Shown here: in pieces, positions 9,366-17,656 of the stretch
Layout of the letters: each line of letters opens with the position of its first letter
How positions within the stretch are numbered: the first letter of the stretch is position 1
Assembly (NCBI GenBank): GCA_044220955.1
Contig: JBGAQA010000043.1
Location: 6,342-47,457, forward strand
DNA: 41,116 nt
Source: Sandaracinaceae bacterium
GTDB lineage: Bacteria > Myxococcota_A > Polyangia > Polyangiales > Sandaracinaceae
Reading direction: 5' to 3'
Notes under the pieces: model-generated
What the model was told of the DNA's origin: nothing
The model's database searches: none
What the model saw: the letters and a program-made list of their open reading frames with translations, nothing else
Made by a program: the position numbers and the translations under genes

Positions 9366-9982
9366 GGACGACTCTTGCTCACCGGAGTGAACGCATGCGC
9401 TCGATGATCGTCGTCGGTCTGGTCCTCGCGCTCGCCGGCTGCGGTGGCTCGTCCTCGGGTGGCTCGGGATCGGGCTCCGGCTCGGGGTCGGGCTCCGGCT
9501 CCGAGACGCCCGTCCTCGCCGGCGAGGACGAGGGTTTCGAGGACGACGGGATGAGCGACGCGCCCCCCGAGATCGATCACGGAGCGCAGAGCCCACACCA
9601 GCTCATCGGCGTGAACCCGCCCCCCACGCCCTGGGCGAACATGAGCGCCGAGGAGCGCGAGTGGTACATGGTCGGCGTGTACCTCCCGATCCAGGGGGAG
9701 AGCTTCGCCCACTACGATCCGGCACGCTTCACGCAGTTCGAGTGCGAGAACTGCCACGGCGACGACGCGCGCGCGAGCCACTTCGCCATGCCGTCGCGCT
9801 CGCTGCCGCCGCTGCATGCGCCGGGCACGCCCCAGTGGGAGCAGATGGCGGCGGGTCCTGCGTACGCGTTCATGCACGGGACCGTCGTGCCCGAGGGGGC
9901 GACGCTGCTGGGGATGGAGCCCGTGAGCCCGGAGCACCCGGACGGCTTCGGCTGCTTCAGCTGCCACCCGCACGCGCAGTAG
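9362..9982 (+). CDS. Dihaem c-type cytochrome lipoprotein
   Basis: ATGA overlap with the hisC stop (alternative ATG at 9395); lipobox LAG-C; Gly-Ser linker; two CxxCH motifs (CENCH, CFSCH) and candidate axial Met residues. Confidence 0.8.
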   Translation: MRTTLAHRSERMRSMIVVGLVLALAGCGGSSSGGSGSGSGSGSGSGSETPVLAGEDEGFEDDGMSDAPPEIDHGAQSPHQLIGVNPPPTPWANMSAEEREWYMVGVYLPIQGESFAHYDPARFTQFECENCHGDDARASHFAMPSRSLPPLHAPGTPQWEQMAAGPAYAFMHGTVVPEGATLLGMEPVSPEHPDGFGCFSCHPHAQ

Positions 9983-10007
9983 CTCCACCCGCGGCCGAGG
10001 GGCGCTC

Positions 10008-10583
10008 TCAGCGCCCGAAGGCGATCGACTGCACGATGGTGTCGATCTGCGGCGGCCGCGGATCCTCGTCGGAGATCTCGAGGTTCTGACCGGCGACCTC
10101 GATCACGCTGCGGCCGTCGGTGGCGACGATCACCCAGAGCTGATCGTCGTGGCGCGGCCCGACCTGATCGTAGCGGACGTCGAGCCCGGGCTGTCCGCCC
10201 ACCTCGACGTGCTCCTCCGACGTGAGCTGGCCGCGCGCGCGCGCGAAGAGCTCCTCGCCCCAGGCATCGAGCACGTGCTCGGCCTCTCCGTCGCGGGTCG
10301 CGCGGAACAGGCGCACCTCGTAGCTGCGACGCGCTTCCGCGTCGAGCACGAGCGTCAGCACGACGCCCTCGCGCCGCTGGCGCGCGTCGTCGATCTCCTG
10401 CAGCACGCGGGGCATCCCGGGCAGGGCGAGCGAGACGCCGTAGCGGAGGCTCCGCACGCGGACCCAGCCGACGCGCGACGCGTCGTGCTGGGCCTCGACG
10501 CCCGCATCACCGAGCGAGATCATCCCTGCGCAGCCGACGGTGAGGAGCGCCGCGATCGCCAGCACGACGCGCACGGTGCTCAC
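10008..10583 (-). CDS. Hypothetical lipoprotein (possibly PsbP/DcrB-like fold)
   Basis: GTG at 10583 overlaps the upstream stop (GTGA); VSTVRVVLAIAALLTVG-C; YGVSLALPG...VGGQPG...IVQSIAF pattern. Confidence 0.65.
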   Translation of the reverse strand: MSTVRVVLAIAALLTVGCAGMISLGDAGVEAQHDASRVGWVRVRSLRYGVSLALPGMPRVLQEIDDARQRREGVVLTLVLDAEARRSYEVRLFRATRDGEAEHVLDAWGEELFARARGQLTSEEHVEVGGQPGLDVRYDQVGPRHDDQLWVIVATDGRSVIEVAGQNLEISDEDPRPPQIDTIVQSIAFGR

Positions 10584-11803
10584 TCCGCGTACATGACGAT
10601 GTCGGTCGCGGCCTCCATGCACATCTGGTAGGCGGCGTCCCAGTCGGGGTGGCGAAGCAGGATGTATCCGTCGCTGAGCAGCGTCTGCTTCCAGTCGCGT
10701 CGAGGCGTGCCGGGGCGCAGGAGGTTCTCCTCGTTGATGAAGCGCCCGTACTTGCGGACGAACTCCCCGAGCCCGTCGATCCGCGTGATGCGGCCGCGGC
10801 CCTTGGCGCGCTTGAAGACGATCCCCGAGCAGTACTTGCGCTCGGTCGACGCCTCGAAGCTCTTCCAGCACGCGACGCGCGCCCACTCGCGGAACAGGTC
10901 GATGTCGCCCGTGTAGTTCATCTGATCGACGATGCAGGCGCCTCCGGGACGGCACCCGATCTCTCCGAACACGGCCTCGCCCTTCGGCGTGAGAAACCAC
11001 TCCATGTGGGTGAAGCCGTCACCCATGCCGAGGGCCTTCAGCACCTGCCGGCCGAGCTGCACGCCGCCGCGGATCTCGGGCTGCGCGAGGTCGCGGACGG
11101 AGATGACGACCGGGCTGATCCACTCGTGGCTGCGCGCCTCGAGCGGCTTCGGGAGGTAGCGCGTGACGTTCTCGTAAGCCGGGACGCCGTCGATGCAGAC
11201 GGTGTCGTACGTGAACTCCTTGCCCTCGATGTACTCCTCGCAGCTCGCCTCCGTCACGTTGCCCATCTTCGCGAGCGCCGCGTCGAGCTCGGCGCGCGAG
11301 CCACAGCGGTAGGTGTCGGCGCTCCCGGCGCCGCTGATGGGCTTGACCACCAGCGGGTAGCCGATCTCCTCGGCGGCCTCGAGCGTCTCCTTCACCGTGC
11401 GGACGCGGCGTGAGCGCGGGACGCGCAGGCCGGCCGCCCGCACGCGCTCCTTCATGAGCTGCTTGTCGCGGAACCCCATCACCGTGTCGACGCTCATCCC
11501 CGGGATGCCCCAGCGCTCGCGCATCTTCGCGGCGAGGATGACCAGCGGCTCCCAGTTCGCGAGCACGCGGTCGATGCTCCGCCCACGGAGCCACGCGGTC
11601 GCGCGCGCGATCACGTCCTCCTCGTCCATGATGCGCGGCACCTGCAGGTAGGCGTGGAGGTGACGCTTCACGCCGGCTGGGAGGGCGTCCTGGTGGCTGT
11701 CCCCGATGCCGTAGACCTCCGCTCCGACCTCGGCGAGGCCGCGGGTGTACTGCTGCATCTCGGGGGGATAGGCGGGCGACAGGAAGACGACGCGCATCGG
11801 CAT
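10580..11803 (-). CDS. ATP-grasp domain protein
   Basis: RDKQLMK, GYPLVVKPISGAGS, EEYIEGKEF, THMEWF, EIGCRPGG. Start MPMRVVFLSP at 11803 or 11797. Confidence 0.9.
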   Translation of the reverse strand: MPMRVVFLSPAYPPEMQQYTRGLAEVGAEVYGIGDSHQDALPAGVKRHLHAYLQVPRIMDEEDVIARATAWLRGRSIDRVLANWEPLVILAAKMRERWGIPGMSVDTVMGFRDKQLMKERVRAAGLRVPRSRRVRTVKETLEAAEEIGYPLVVKPISGAGSADTYRCGSRAELDAALAKMGNVTEASCEEYIEGKEFTYDTVCIDGVPAYENVTRYLPKPLEARSHEWISPVVISVRDLAQPEIRGGVQLGRQVLKALGMGDGFTHMEWFLTPKGEAVFGEIGCRPGGACIVDQMNYTGDIDLFREWARVACWKSFEASTERKYCSGIVFKRAKGRGRITRIDGLGEFVRKYGRFINEENLLRPGTPRRDWKQTLLSDGYILLRHPDWDAAYQMCMEAATDIVMYAE

Positions 11804-11838
11804 GGCGCCGAACGCTATCACGGGGATTCGGCGCTCGA

Positions 11839-12276
11839 CTACGCGCGGCGGCGTGGGCGGGCGCAGAGCGCCATCGCGACCAGCCCGAGCAGCGCGGCGC
11901 CTCCGAGGCCGCGGCCGCGGCTCGCCGAGCACCCCCCCGAGCGCGGCGGCGTCATGGGCCCGGCGTCGCGCGCCGCGCTGGCGTCGCTGGCCCCGGTCCC
12001 GCCGGCATCCCCCACGACGCAGCGGACGCAGTCGTACTCCAGGCTGCCGGGGCCGGGGGACGCGTCGACCGTGTAGTCGAGGCGCGTGCACCGCGACATG
12101 GTGCAGACGCCGCTTCCTGCGGCGTCCATGCACGCGGCTCCCAGGGCGTGCATGTCGCACGCCGTGACGTCCATCGGGATCACGTCGGCCGAGCCGGTCG
12201 CCGGGGCGAGGGCGAGGGCGAGCATCGCCAGGGGGAAGACTACAGCTCGATCACGCAGAGTGTGCCGGGAGGTCAT
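11839..12276 (-). CDS. Small Cys-rich secreted protein with MYXO-CTERM sorting signal
   Basis: GGAGG RBS before ATG 12276; signal peptide; six Cys in the mature domain; C-terminal SGGCS..GLGGAALLGLVAMALCARPRRRA. Confidence 0.85.
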   Translation of the reverse strand: MTSRHTLRDRAVVFPLAMLALALAPATGSADVIPMDVTACDMHALGAACMDAAGSGVCTMSRCTRLDYTVDASPGPGSLEYDCVRCVVGDAGGTGASDASAARDAGPMTPPRSGGCSASRGRGLGGAALLGLVAMALCARPRRRA

Positions 12277-12290
12277 CGTCCTCCGTGCGC

Positions 12291-12306
12291 AGCAACGGGG
12301 ATGCCA
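12291..12306 (-). promoter_or_regulatory. Candidate sigma-54 (-24/-12) promoter for the MYXO-CTERM gene
   Basis: Minus strand TGGCATCCCCGTTGCT has GG-N10-GC spacing, but it is unusually close to the RBS. Confidence 0.4.
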
Positions 12307-12365
12307 GCCGGTGCCGGCACTCGGACCCAAGGGTTGGATCGGGCGCGGGTCACACCGGATCGACG

Positions 12366-13103
12366 ATGGTCCTGCGCATCGGCGTGCTCCTGGTCCTGGC
12401 GGCGATCGCGTCGCCCGCGGCCGCGCAGGACGTGCCGCGCGATCTGCCGCCCTTGCCGCCCGCGGCCGAGGCGCCGCCCCTCGACATGCGGGAGGTGCAC
12501 GATCGGTGCGTTCGATCGATGGTCCGCATCGAGCGACCGGATGGGCAGTTCGGCTCGGGGTTCGTGACGGACGTCGGCGGACGACGGGTGATCGTGACCA
12601 ACGCGCACGTCGCCGCCGGCGCCGACCCGATGCGCGTCGTGCTCTACGACGGCACCGCGCGGATCGCTCACGCGCGCTACGTCTCGGACCGGATCGATCT
12701 CGCGGTGCTCGTGACCGAGGAAGCGCTCGATGCGCCTGCGCTCGAGGTCTCCGACGCGGCCCTCGTGCGCGGCGAGCGCGTGGTGCTCGGTGGCAATCCG
12801 GGTGGGCTCGCGTTCATCACGACCGAGGGCGTCGTGGCCGGTGTCGTGACCGGCACGCTGCTCTCCGACGACGCGTGCGGTGAGGGCAACAACTGCATCG
12901 TGCTGGACACCGAGGCGGAGCCGGGCTCGAGCGGCGGACCCGTCGTCGACCAGCAGGGTCACGTCATCGGGATGCTCTGGGGGGTCTACATGGGCACCAG
13001 CCTGAGCATGACGATCCACGGCACGACGCTCGCGACGGAGCTCGCGACGGCGGCCGAGACGCTCACCCGGCGCGGGCGCCGCGTGGCACACGCGCGCCCT
13101 TGA
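12366..13103 (+). CDS. Secreted trypsin-like (S1) serine protease, no PDZ domain
   Basis: Signal peptide; GSGF, TNAHV (His), DLAVL (Asp), PGSSGGP (Ser). Confidence 0.92.
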   Translation: MVLRIGVLLVLAAIASPAAAQDVPRDLPPLPPAAEAPPLDMREVHDRCVRSMVRIERPDGQFGSGFVTDVGGRRVIVTNAHVAAGADPMRVVLYDGTARIAHARYVSDRIDLAVLVTEEALDAPALEVSDAALVRGERVVLGGNPGGLAFITTEGVVAGVVTGTLLSDDACGEGNNCIVLDTEAEPGSSGGPVVDQQGHVIGMLWGVYMGTSLSMTIHGTTLATELATAAETLTRRGRRVAHARP

Positions 13104-13164
13104 CGTCAGCGCCCGGGTGGCCGGTCACGATCTCGCGACTCGCGGGCCGCGGGTCGAGCGACGC

Positions 13165-14460
13165 CTACAAGAGCATGCCGGCGGCGACGGTGTTGTTCGT
13201 CGCCTCGTCGACCAGGATGAAGCTGCCGGTCGCGCGGTTGCGCCGGTACTCGTCGAAGAAGATCGGTGCCGTCGTGCGCATGGCGATCCGGCCGATGCCG
13301 TTGAGGCCCAGCGTCGTGACGCCCTCGATCCGGTGCAGGGTGTTCACGTCGAGCTCGTATTGGACGCTCGTGACCATCGCCCGCACCCAGCGCGTCGTGT
13401 GCTTGAGCGCGTAGCGTCCACGCAGCTCGAGGGGCTTGTCGCTCATCCAGCAGATCATCGCCTCGAGATCCTGCGACGCCGTCGGCTGGTTGTTCGGGCG
13501 GCAGAGCATGTCGCCGCGCGAGATGTCGATCTCGTCCTCGAGGTGCACGGTCACGCTCATCGGCGCGAACGCCTCGTCCACCGGGCCCTCGTAGGTGTCG
13601 ATTCTCTTGATCTTGGAGCCGAAGCCGCTCGGCAAGGCGATGACGTCGTCGCCCGGCTTCAGGATCCCGCCGCTCACGACCCCCGCGTAGCCGCGGTAGT
13701 CGAGGTGCGCGCCGCTCTGGGGCCGCACGACCCACTGCACGGGGAAGCGCACGTCGATCAGGTTGCGGTCCGACGCGATGTGCACCTGCTCGAGGTGGTG
13801 CAAGAGAGGGCTGCCCTTGAACCAAGGCATGTTGGCGCTGCGCTCGACGACGTTGTCGCCCTTGAGCGCGCTCATCGGGATGAACGCGATGTCCTGCACG
13901 TCGAGCTTGCTCGCGAAGTTCCGGAACTCCTGCTCGATTCGATGGAACACGGCCTCGTCCCAGCCGACGAGGTCCATCTTGTTCACGGCGAAGACGAGGT
14001 GCGGGATGCGCAGGAGCGAGGCGAGGAAGGAGTGGCGGCGGGACTGCTCGACGAGGCCCTTGCGCGCGTCGACGAGCACGATCGCGAGGTTCGCAGTGCT
14101 CGCCCCCGTCACCATGTTGCGCGTGTACTGGATGTGGCCGGGCGTGTCGGCGATGATGAACTTGCGGCGCGGCGTCGCGAAGTAGCGGTACGCGACGTCG
14201 ATCGTGATGCCCTGCTCGCGCTCGGCGCGCAGACCGTCGGTCAGGAGCGCGAGGTTGGTGTACTCGTCGCCGCGGCGGCGCGAGACGTCCTCGACGTGCG
14301 CGAGCTGGTCCTCGAAGATGGCCTTCGTGTCGTAGAGCAGACGCCCGATGAGCGTCGACTTCCCGTCGTCGACGCTCCCGCACGTCGAGAAGCGGAGCAG
14401 CTCGGCGCCCTCCTCCATGACCGCGACGTCGCGACTGACCAGCTCCGACTCCGACTCCAT
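13165..14460 (-). CDS. cysN: Sulfate adenylyltransferase subunit 1 (GTPase)
   Basis: LLRFSTCGSVDDGKSTLIGRLL, LRAEREQGITIDVAYRYF, DTPGHIQYTRNM, NKMD, GSFILVD..TNNTVAAGM; GGAGG RBS before ATG 14460; no fused APS kinase domain. Confidence 0.96.
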   Translation of the reverse strand: MESESELVSRDVAVMEEGAELLRFSTCGSVDDGKSTLIGRLLYDTKAIFEDQLAHVEDVSRRRGDEYTNLALLTDGLRAEREQGITIDVAYRYFATPRRKFIIADTPGHIQYTRNMVTGASTANLAIVLVDARKGLVEQSRRHSFLASLLRIPHLVFAVNKMDLVGWDEAVFHRIEQEFRNFASKLDVQDIAFIPMSALKGDNVVERSANMPWFKGSPLLHHLEQVHIASDRNLIDVRFPVQWVVRPQSGAHLDYRGYAGVVSGGILKPGDDVIALPSGFGSKIKRIDTYEGPVDEAFAPMSVTVHLEDEIDISRGDMLCRPNNQPTASQDLEAMICWMSDKPLELRGRYALKHTTRWVRAMVTSVQYELDVNTLHRIEGVTTLGLNGIGRIAMRTTAPIFFDEYRRNRATGSFILVDEATNNTVAAGMLL

Positions 14461-14566
14461 CGAGCCTCCCGAATGCAGCACCCAGCGATTGGCGCACCGG
14501 GAATAGCGGGAACGAGGCGCGAGGGCAATCACTCCGGACCCATCGACGAGGGTATGCTCCACGCCC

Positions 14567-15556
14567 ATGGCACGCACACCCGTCGGGCTGGTCGAAGCGC
14601 TGGGCCTGCGGCCCTTTCGCACCACCGCCCGCCAGACCTGGCTCACGATCGCCGGGGACGCGACGACCCCGAAGTCGCGCTTCGACTTGAGCTCGCTCCG
14701 CCAGTTCCGCCCGCGCTTCGCGGTCCCCCTCTGGCTCGGCCGCGCGCCGATGGGGCGCCAGGTGCCGGTCACCAACCTCTACAACTACCTGCAGCCCCCG
14801 CCCGAGCTGGGCTGGTCGGTCCGCGTGACCAACGTCCGCGACTTCCGCGGCGGCAGGAACACCTACGACTCGCACAACGGGACCGACTTCGCGATCCCGC
14901 CGGGCACCGACGTCGTCGCCGCCGCGCCGGGCCTGGTCCTGCGCGTCTCGAGCGAGTTCCACCGCGGTGGCCGCAAGGTCGTGCTCGATCACGGCCGTGG
15001 CCTCGTGACGACGTACAACCACCTCTCGCGACCGCTCGTCTCGCCCGGGCAGCGCGTGAAGCGCGCAGAGCGGATCGCGCTCTCGGGCTACAGCGGGCTC
15101 GACGCGCTCGTCGGCTTCCCCTGGACTCCTCCCCACGTGCACTTCAACTGCTGGCTGAACGGGCGCTACGTCGACCCGTTCGTGCCGGCGGGCGTGGGCG
15201 AGGCCTCGCTCTTCCGGGTCCACAACGATCCGAGGCCGGCGCGCGGCGGCGACCTGGACGACGACCGCTTCGAGCCGACGACCTGGGACCCCGAGGCGAT
15301 CGCCGCGCTCGTCACGCACTCACGGTCGGACGACTCGCGCCGCGAGATCGAAGAGGCCCCGAGCCCGCTCGAGCGGGCCGGCGCGGCGCTGCTCCACCTG
15401 AACTACTTCCCGACCCGCTTCGACCGATCGGCCCTCGACGCCTGGGCCGGGAGCGAGGGTTTCTGCCTGCACCGCGCGCGTTTCCCGCGCGAGCCCCGCC
15501 TCGACCTCCCGTTCTCCGCGCGTGACTACGACGGTGTCCTCTTCGTGGACCGCTGA
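14567..15556 (+). CDS. M23 family metallopeptidase
   Basis: HNGTDF (HxxxD), VVAAAPG, YNHL, PHVHF (HxH), YVDPF. Confidence 0.9.
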   Translation: MARTPVGLVEALGLRPFRTTARQTWLTIAGDATTPKSRFDLSSLRQFRPRFAVPLWLGRAPMGRQVPVTNLYNYLQPPPELGWSVRVTNVRDFRGGRNTYDSHNGTDFAIPPGTDVVAAAPGLVLRVSSEFHRGGRKVVLDHGRGLVTTYNHLSRPLVSPGQRVKRAERIALSGYSGLDALVGFPWTPPHVHFNCWLNGRYVDPFVPAGVGEASLFRVHNDPRPARGGDLDDDRFEPTTWDPEAIAALVTHSRSDDSRREIEEAPSPLERAGAALLHLNYFPTRFDRSALDAWAGSEGFCLHRARFPREPRLDLPFSARDYDGVLFVDR

Positions 15557-15608
15557 CCGCGCAATACTTCTTCACCCCGTCGCTGCGCCGCCGAGCGCTT
15601 GTCGGGCT

Positions 15609-16835
15609 ATGGATGGTGTCGTGAACGAGCGCCTCGCCGCCCTGGGGATCCCGGCCGTCTCTCCCGTCCGCAAGTGGGTGGGACGCGGCCTCGTCGCGCT
15701 CCTGGTCGTGCTGGCGGTCGTGGGCGTCGCCGCCTACGTCCGCGGCCGCGGAGACACGGGCCCGCAGTACGACCTGGCCGCCGTGTCCCGGCAGGAGCTG
15801 GTCGCCACCGTCGAGGCGACCGGGACGCTCCGGCCGCGCCACACCGTCGACGTCGGCCCCGAGATCTCCGGGCGGGTGCGCGACGTGATGGTCGAGGTCA
15901 ACGAGCAGGTACACGTCGGCACGGTGCTCGCCGAGATCGACACCACGCAGATCGACGCGCAGATCGCCGAGGTCCGCGCGCAGCTCCAGCAGGCGCAGGC
16001 GAACGCGCGGCTCGCGCAGGCGCAGCTCGCGGCCTCGCGAGTCACCCTCGGGCGCATCGAGCAGCTGCACGGGCGGCAGCTCGCGTCGGACCAGGACCTC
16101 GACACGGCGCGTGCGGCCGTCACGCAGGGCGAGGCACAGGTCGCGGCCGCCCACGCCGCCACGGCGATCGCCCGTGCGGCGCTCGACCGGGCGCAGACCG
16201 ATCTGGGCCGCGCGCGCATCGTGTCGCCGATCGAGGGGATCGTGCTCACGCGCAACGTGCAGCCCGGGCAGCCGGTCGCCGCGACGCTGAGCGCGCCGGT
16301 CTTCTTCCAGATCGCCGAGGATCTCGCGCAGCTCGAGCTCCACGTGGACGTGGACGAGGCCGACGTCGGCAGCGTCCACGAGACCCAGGAGGCGACGTTC
16401 GTCGTCGACGCGCACCCGGACCAGGAGTTCCACGCGAGGATCTCGCGGCTGCACTTCGCGTCGCACACCGTGTCGACCGTGGTGAGCTACGAGGCCGAGC
16501 TCGAGGTGGACAACGCCGCGGGCCTCTTGCGCCCGGGCATGACGGCCACGGCCACGATCGTCACCGACCGCCGCCCGGCCGATCTCGTCGTGCCGAACAC
16601 CGCGCTCCGGTTCGTTCCGCCGGTCGAGATGCGGATGGGCGGGCCGCAGCGGCAGCAGGACATGCCGACGGGTCCGGTGGTGTGGGTGCTCCGCGGGACG
16701 CCGCCGGTCCCCACGCCGGTCTCGGTGGAGACGCGCGGCACCGACGGCCGCAACACGGCCATCCGCGGCGAGGGCATCGAGGAGGGCACCGAGGTGATCA
16801 CGGGCCTGGCCCACACCGCGGGGGCGACGCATTGA
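15609..16835 (+). CDS. Efflux periplasmic adaptor (MacA-like membrane fusion protein)
   Basis: N-terminal TM, V.ATGTL, ISGRV, coiled-coil hairpin, IVSPIEGIV, VDEADV, LRPGMTA. Confidence 0.93.
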   Translation: MDGVVNERLAALGIPAVSPVRKWVGRGLVALLVVLAVVGVAAYVRGRGDTGPQYDLAAVSRQELVATVEATGTLRPRHTVDVGPEISGRVRDVMVEVNEQVHVGTVLAEIDTTQIDAQIAEVRAQLQQAQANARLAQAQLAASRVTLGRIEQLHGRQLASDQDLDTARAAVTQGEAQVAAAHAATAIARAALDRAQTDLGRARIVSPIEGIVLTRNVQPGQPVAATLSAPVFFQIAEDLAQLELHVDVDEADVGSVHETQEATFVVDAHPDQEFHARISRLHFASHTVSTVVSYEAELEVDNAAGLLRPGMTATATIVTDRRPADLVVPNTALRFVPPVEMRMGGPQRQQDMPTGPVVWVLRGTPPVPTPVSVETRGTDGRNTAIRGEGIEEGTEVITGLAHTAGATH

Positions 16836-17656
16836 GCGCCACCACGCCGCCGGAGGTCGGGTCGCTCGTCGTCGTCGAGGACGTGCGGAAGGTCTACGGC
16901 AAGGGCGAGGCCGAGGTGCGAGCGCTCGACGGAGTCTCCCTGACGATCGAGGAGGGCGAGTTCGTCGCCGTCATGGGCCCGAGCGGAAGCGGCAAGAGCA
17001 CGTTCATGAACCTGCTCGGCTGCCTCGACGTGCCCACCAGCGGCCGCTTCTTCCTGCGCGGCGTGGAGATCGGCTCGCTCGACCGGGACACCCTCGCGCT
17101 CTTGCGCCGGCACCAGCTCGGCTTCGTGTTCCAGGGCTTCAACCTCATCGCGCGGACCACGGCGCTCGAGAACGTGGAGCTGCCGCTCCTCTACCAGGGC
17201 GTCGCGCGTGCCGAGCGGCGCGCGCGGGCGCTCGAGTCGTTGCGTCACGTGGGCCTGGCCGACCGTGCGTCGCACCTGCCGAACGAGCTGAGCGGCGGGC
17301 AGCAGCAGCGCGTCGCGATCGCGCGCGCGCTCGTGACCCGGCCGGCGGTCATCCTGGCCGACGAGCCGACGGGGAACCTCGACAGCGTCAAGAGCGCCGA
17401 GATCATGCGGCTGCTCGTCGCGCTCAACGCGCGCTCGGGCATCACCATCGTGATGGTCACTCACGAGTCCGACATGGCGGCGTTCGCCGGCCGCACCGTC
17501 AGCTTCAAGGACGGGAAGGTCGTCGCCGACGAGCGCCGCCGCCCCCCCAGCCAGGGGCGGGCGCCGCTCGACGGCGCCTTCGAGAGCATCGAGGCCCTCG
17601 AGCGCGAGCAGGCCGAGCGCGACGCGCGCGTCGCGAGCACGGAGGGCGCCACGTGA
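16832..17656 (+). CDS. ABC transporter ATP-binding protein (MacB/LolD-type)
   Basis: TTG start overlapping the adaptor stop (TTGA); Walker A GPSGSGKST, signature LSGGQQQR, Walker B ILADEPTGNLD, H-loop VTH. Confidence 0.95.
   Translation: MSATTPPEVGSLVVVEDVRKVYGKGEAEVRALDGVSLTIEEGEFVAVMGPSGSGKSTFMNLLGCLDVPTSGRFFLRGVEIGSLDRDTLALLRRHQLGFVFQGFNLIARTTALENVELPLLYQGVARAERRARALESLRHVGLADRASHLPNELSGGQQQRVAIARALVTRPAVILADEPTGNLDSVKSAEIMRLLVALNARSGITIVMVTHESDMAAFAGRTVSFKDGKVVADERRRPPSQGRAPLDGAFESIEALEREQAERDARVASTEGAT

Noticed and set aside
9440..9505. Short DNA repeats in coding regions (also about 21230-21310, 34025-34090, 40900-41116)
   Set aside because: Explained by low-complexity protein linkers (GS, DAG, PDP, Pro/Ala) with synonymous variation; not independent elements.
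13165..14460. Elongation factor Tu or SelB
   Set aside because: GTPase motifs are shared, but CGSVDDGKST, DVAYRYF and YTRNM are CysN-specific.
13106..15525. Long antisense and alternative-frame ORFs (e.g. 13106-15319, 13117-15525; likewise 21004-23445, 31974-34220, 36772-39048)
   Set aside because: Arg/Ala/Gly-rich, motif-free shadows of real genes, expected from stop-codon scarcity at this GC content.
15599..17656. 685-aa ABC ATPase with long N-terminal extension
   Set aside because: The extension is an off-frame reading of the adaptor gene; the TTG at 16832 gives a normal-length ATPase.
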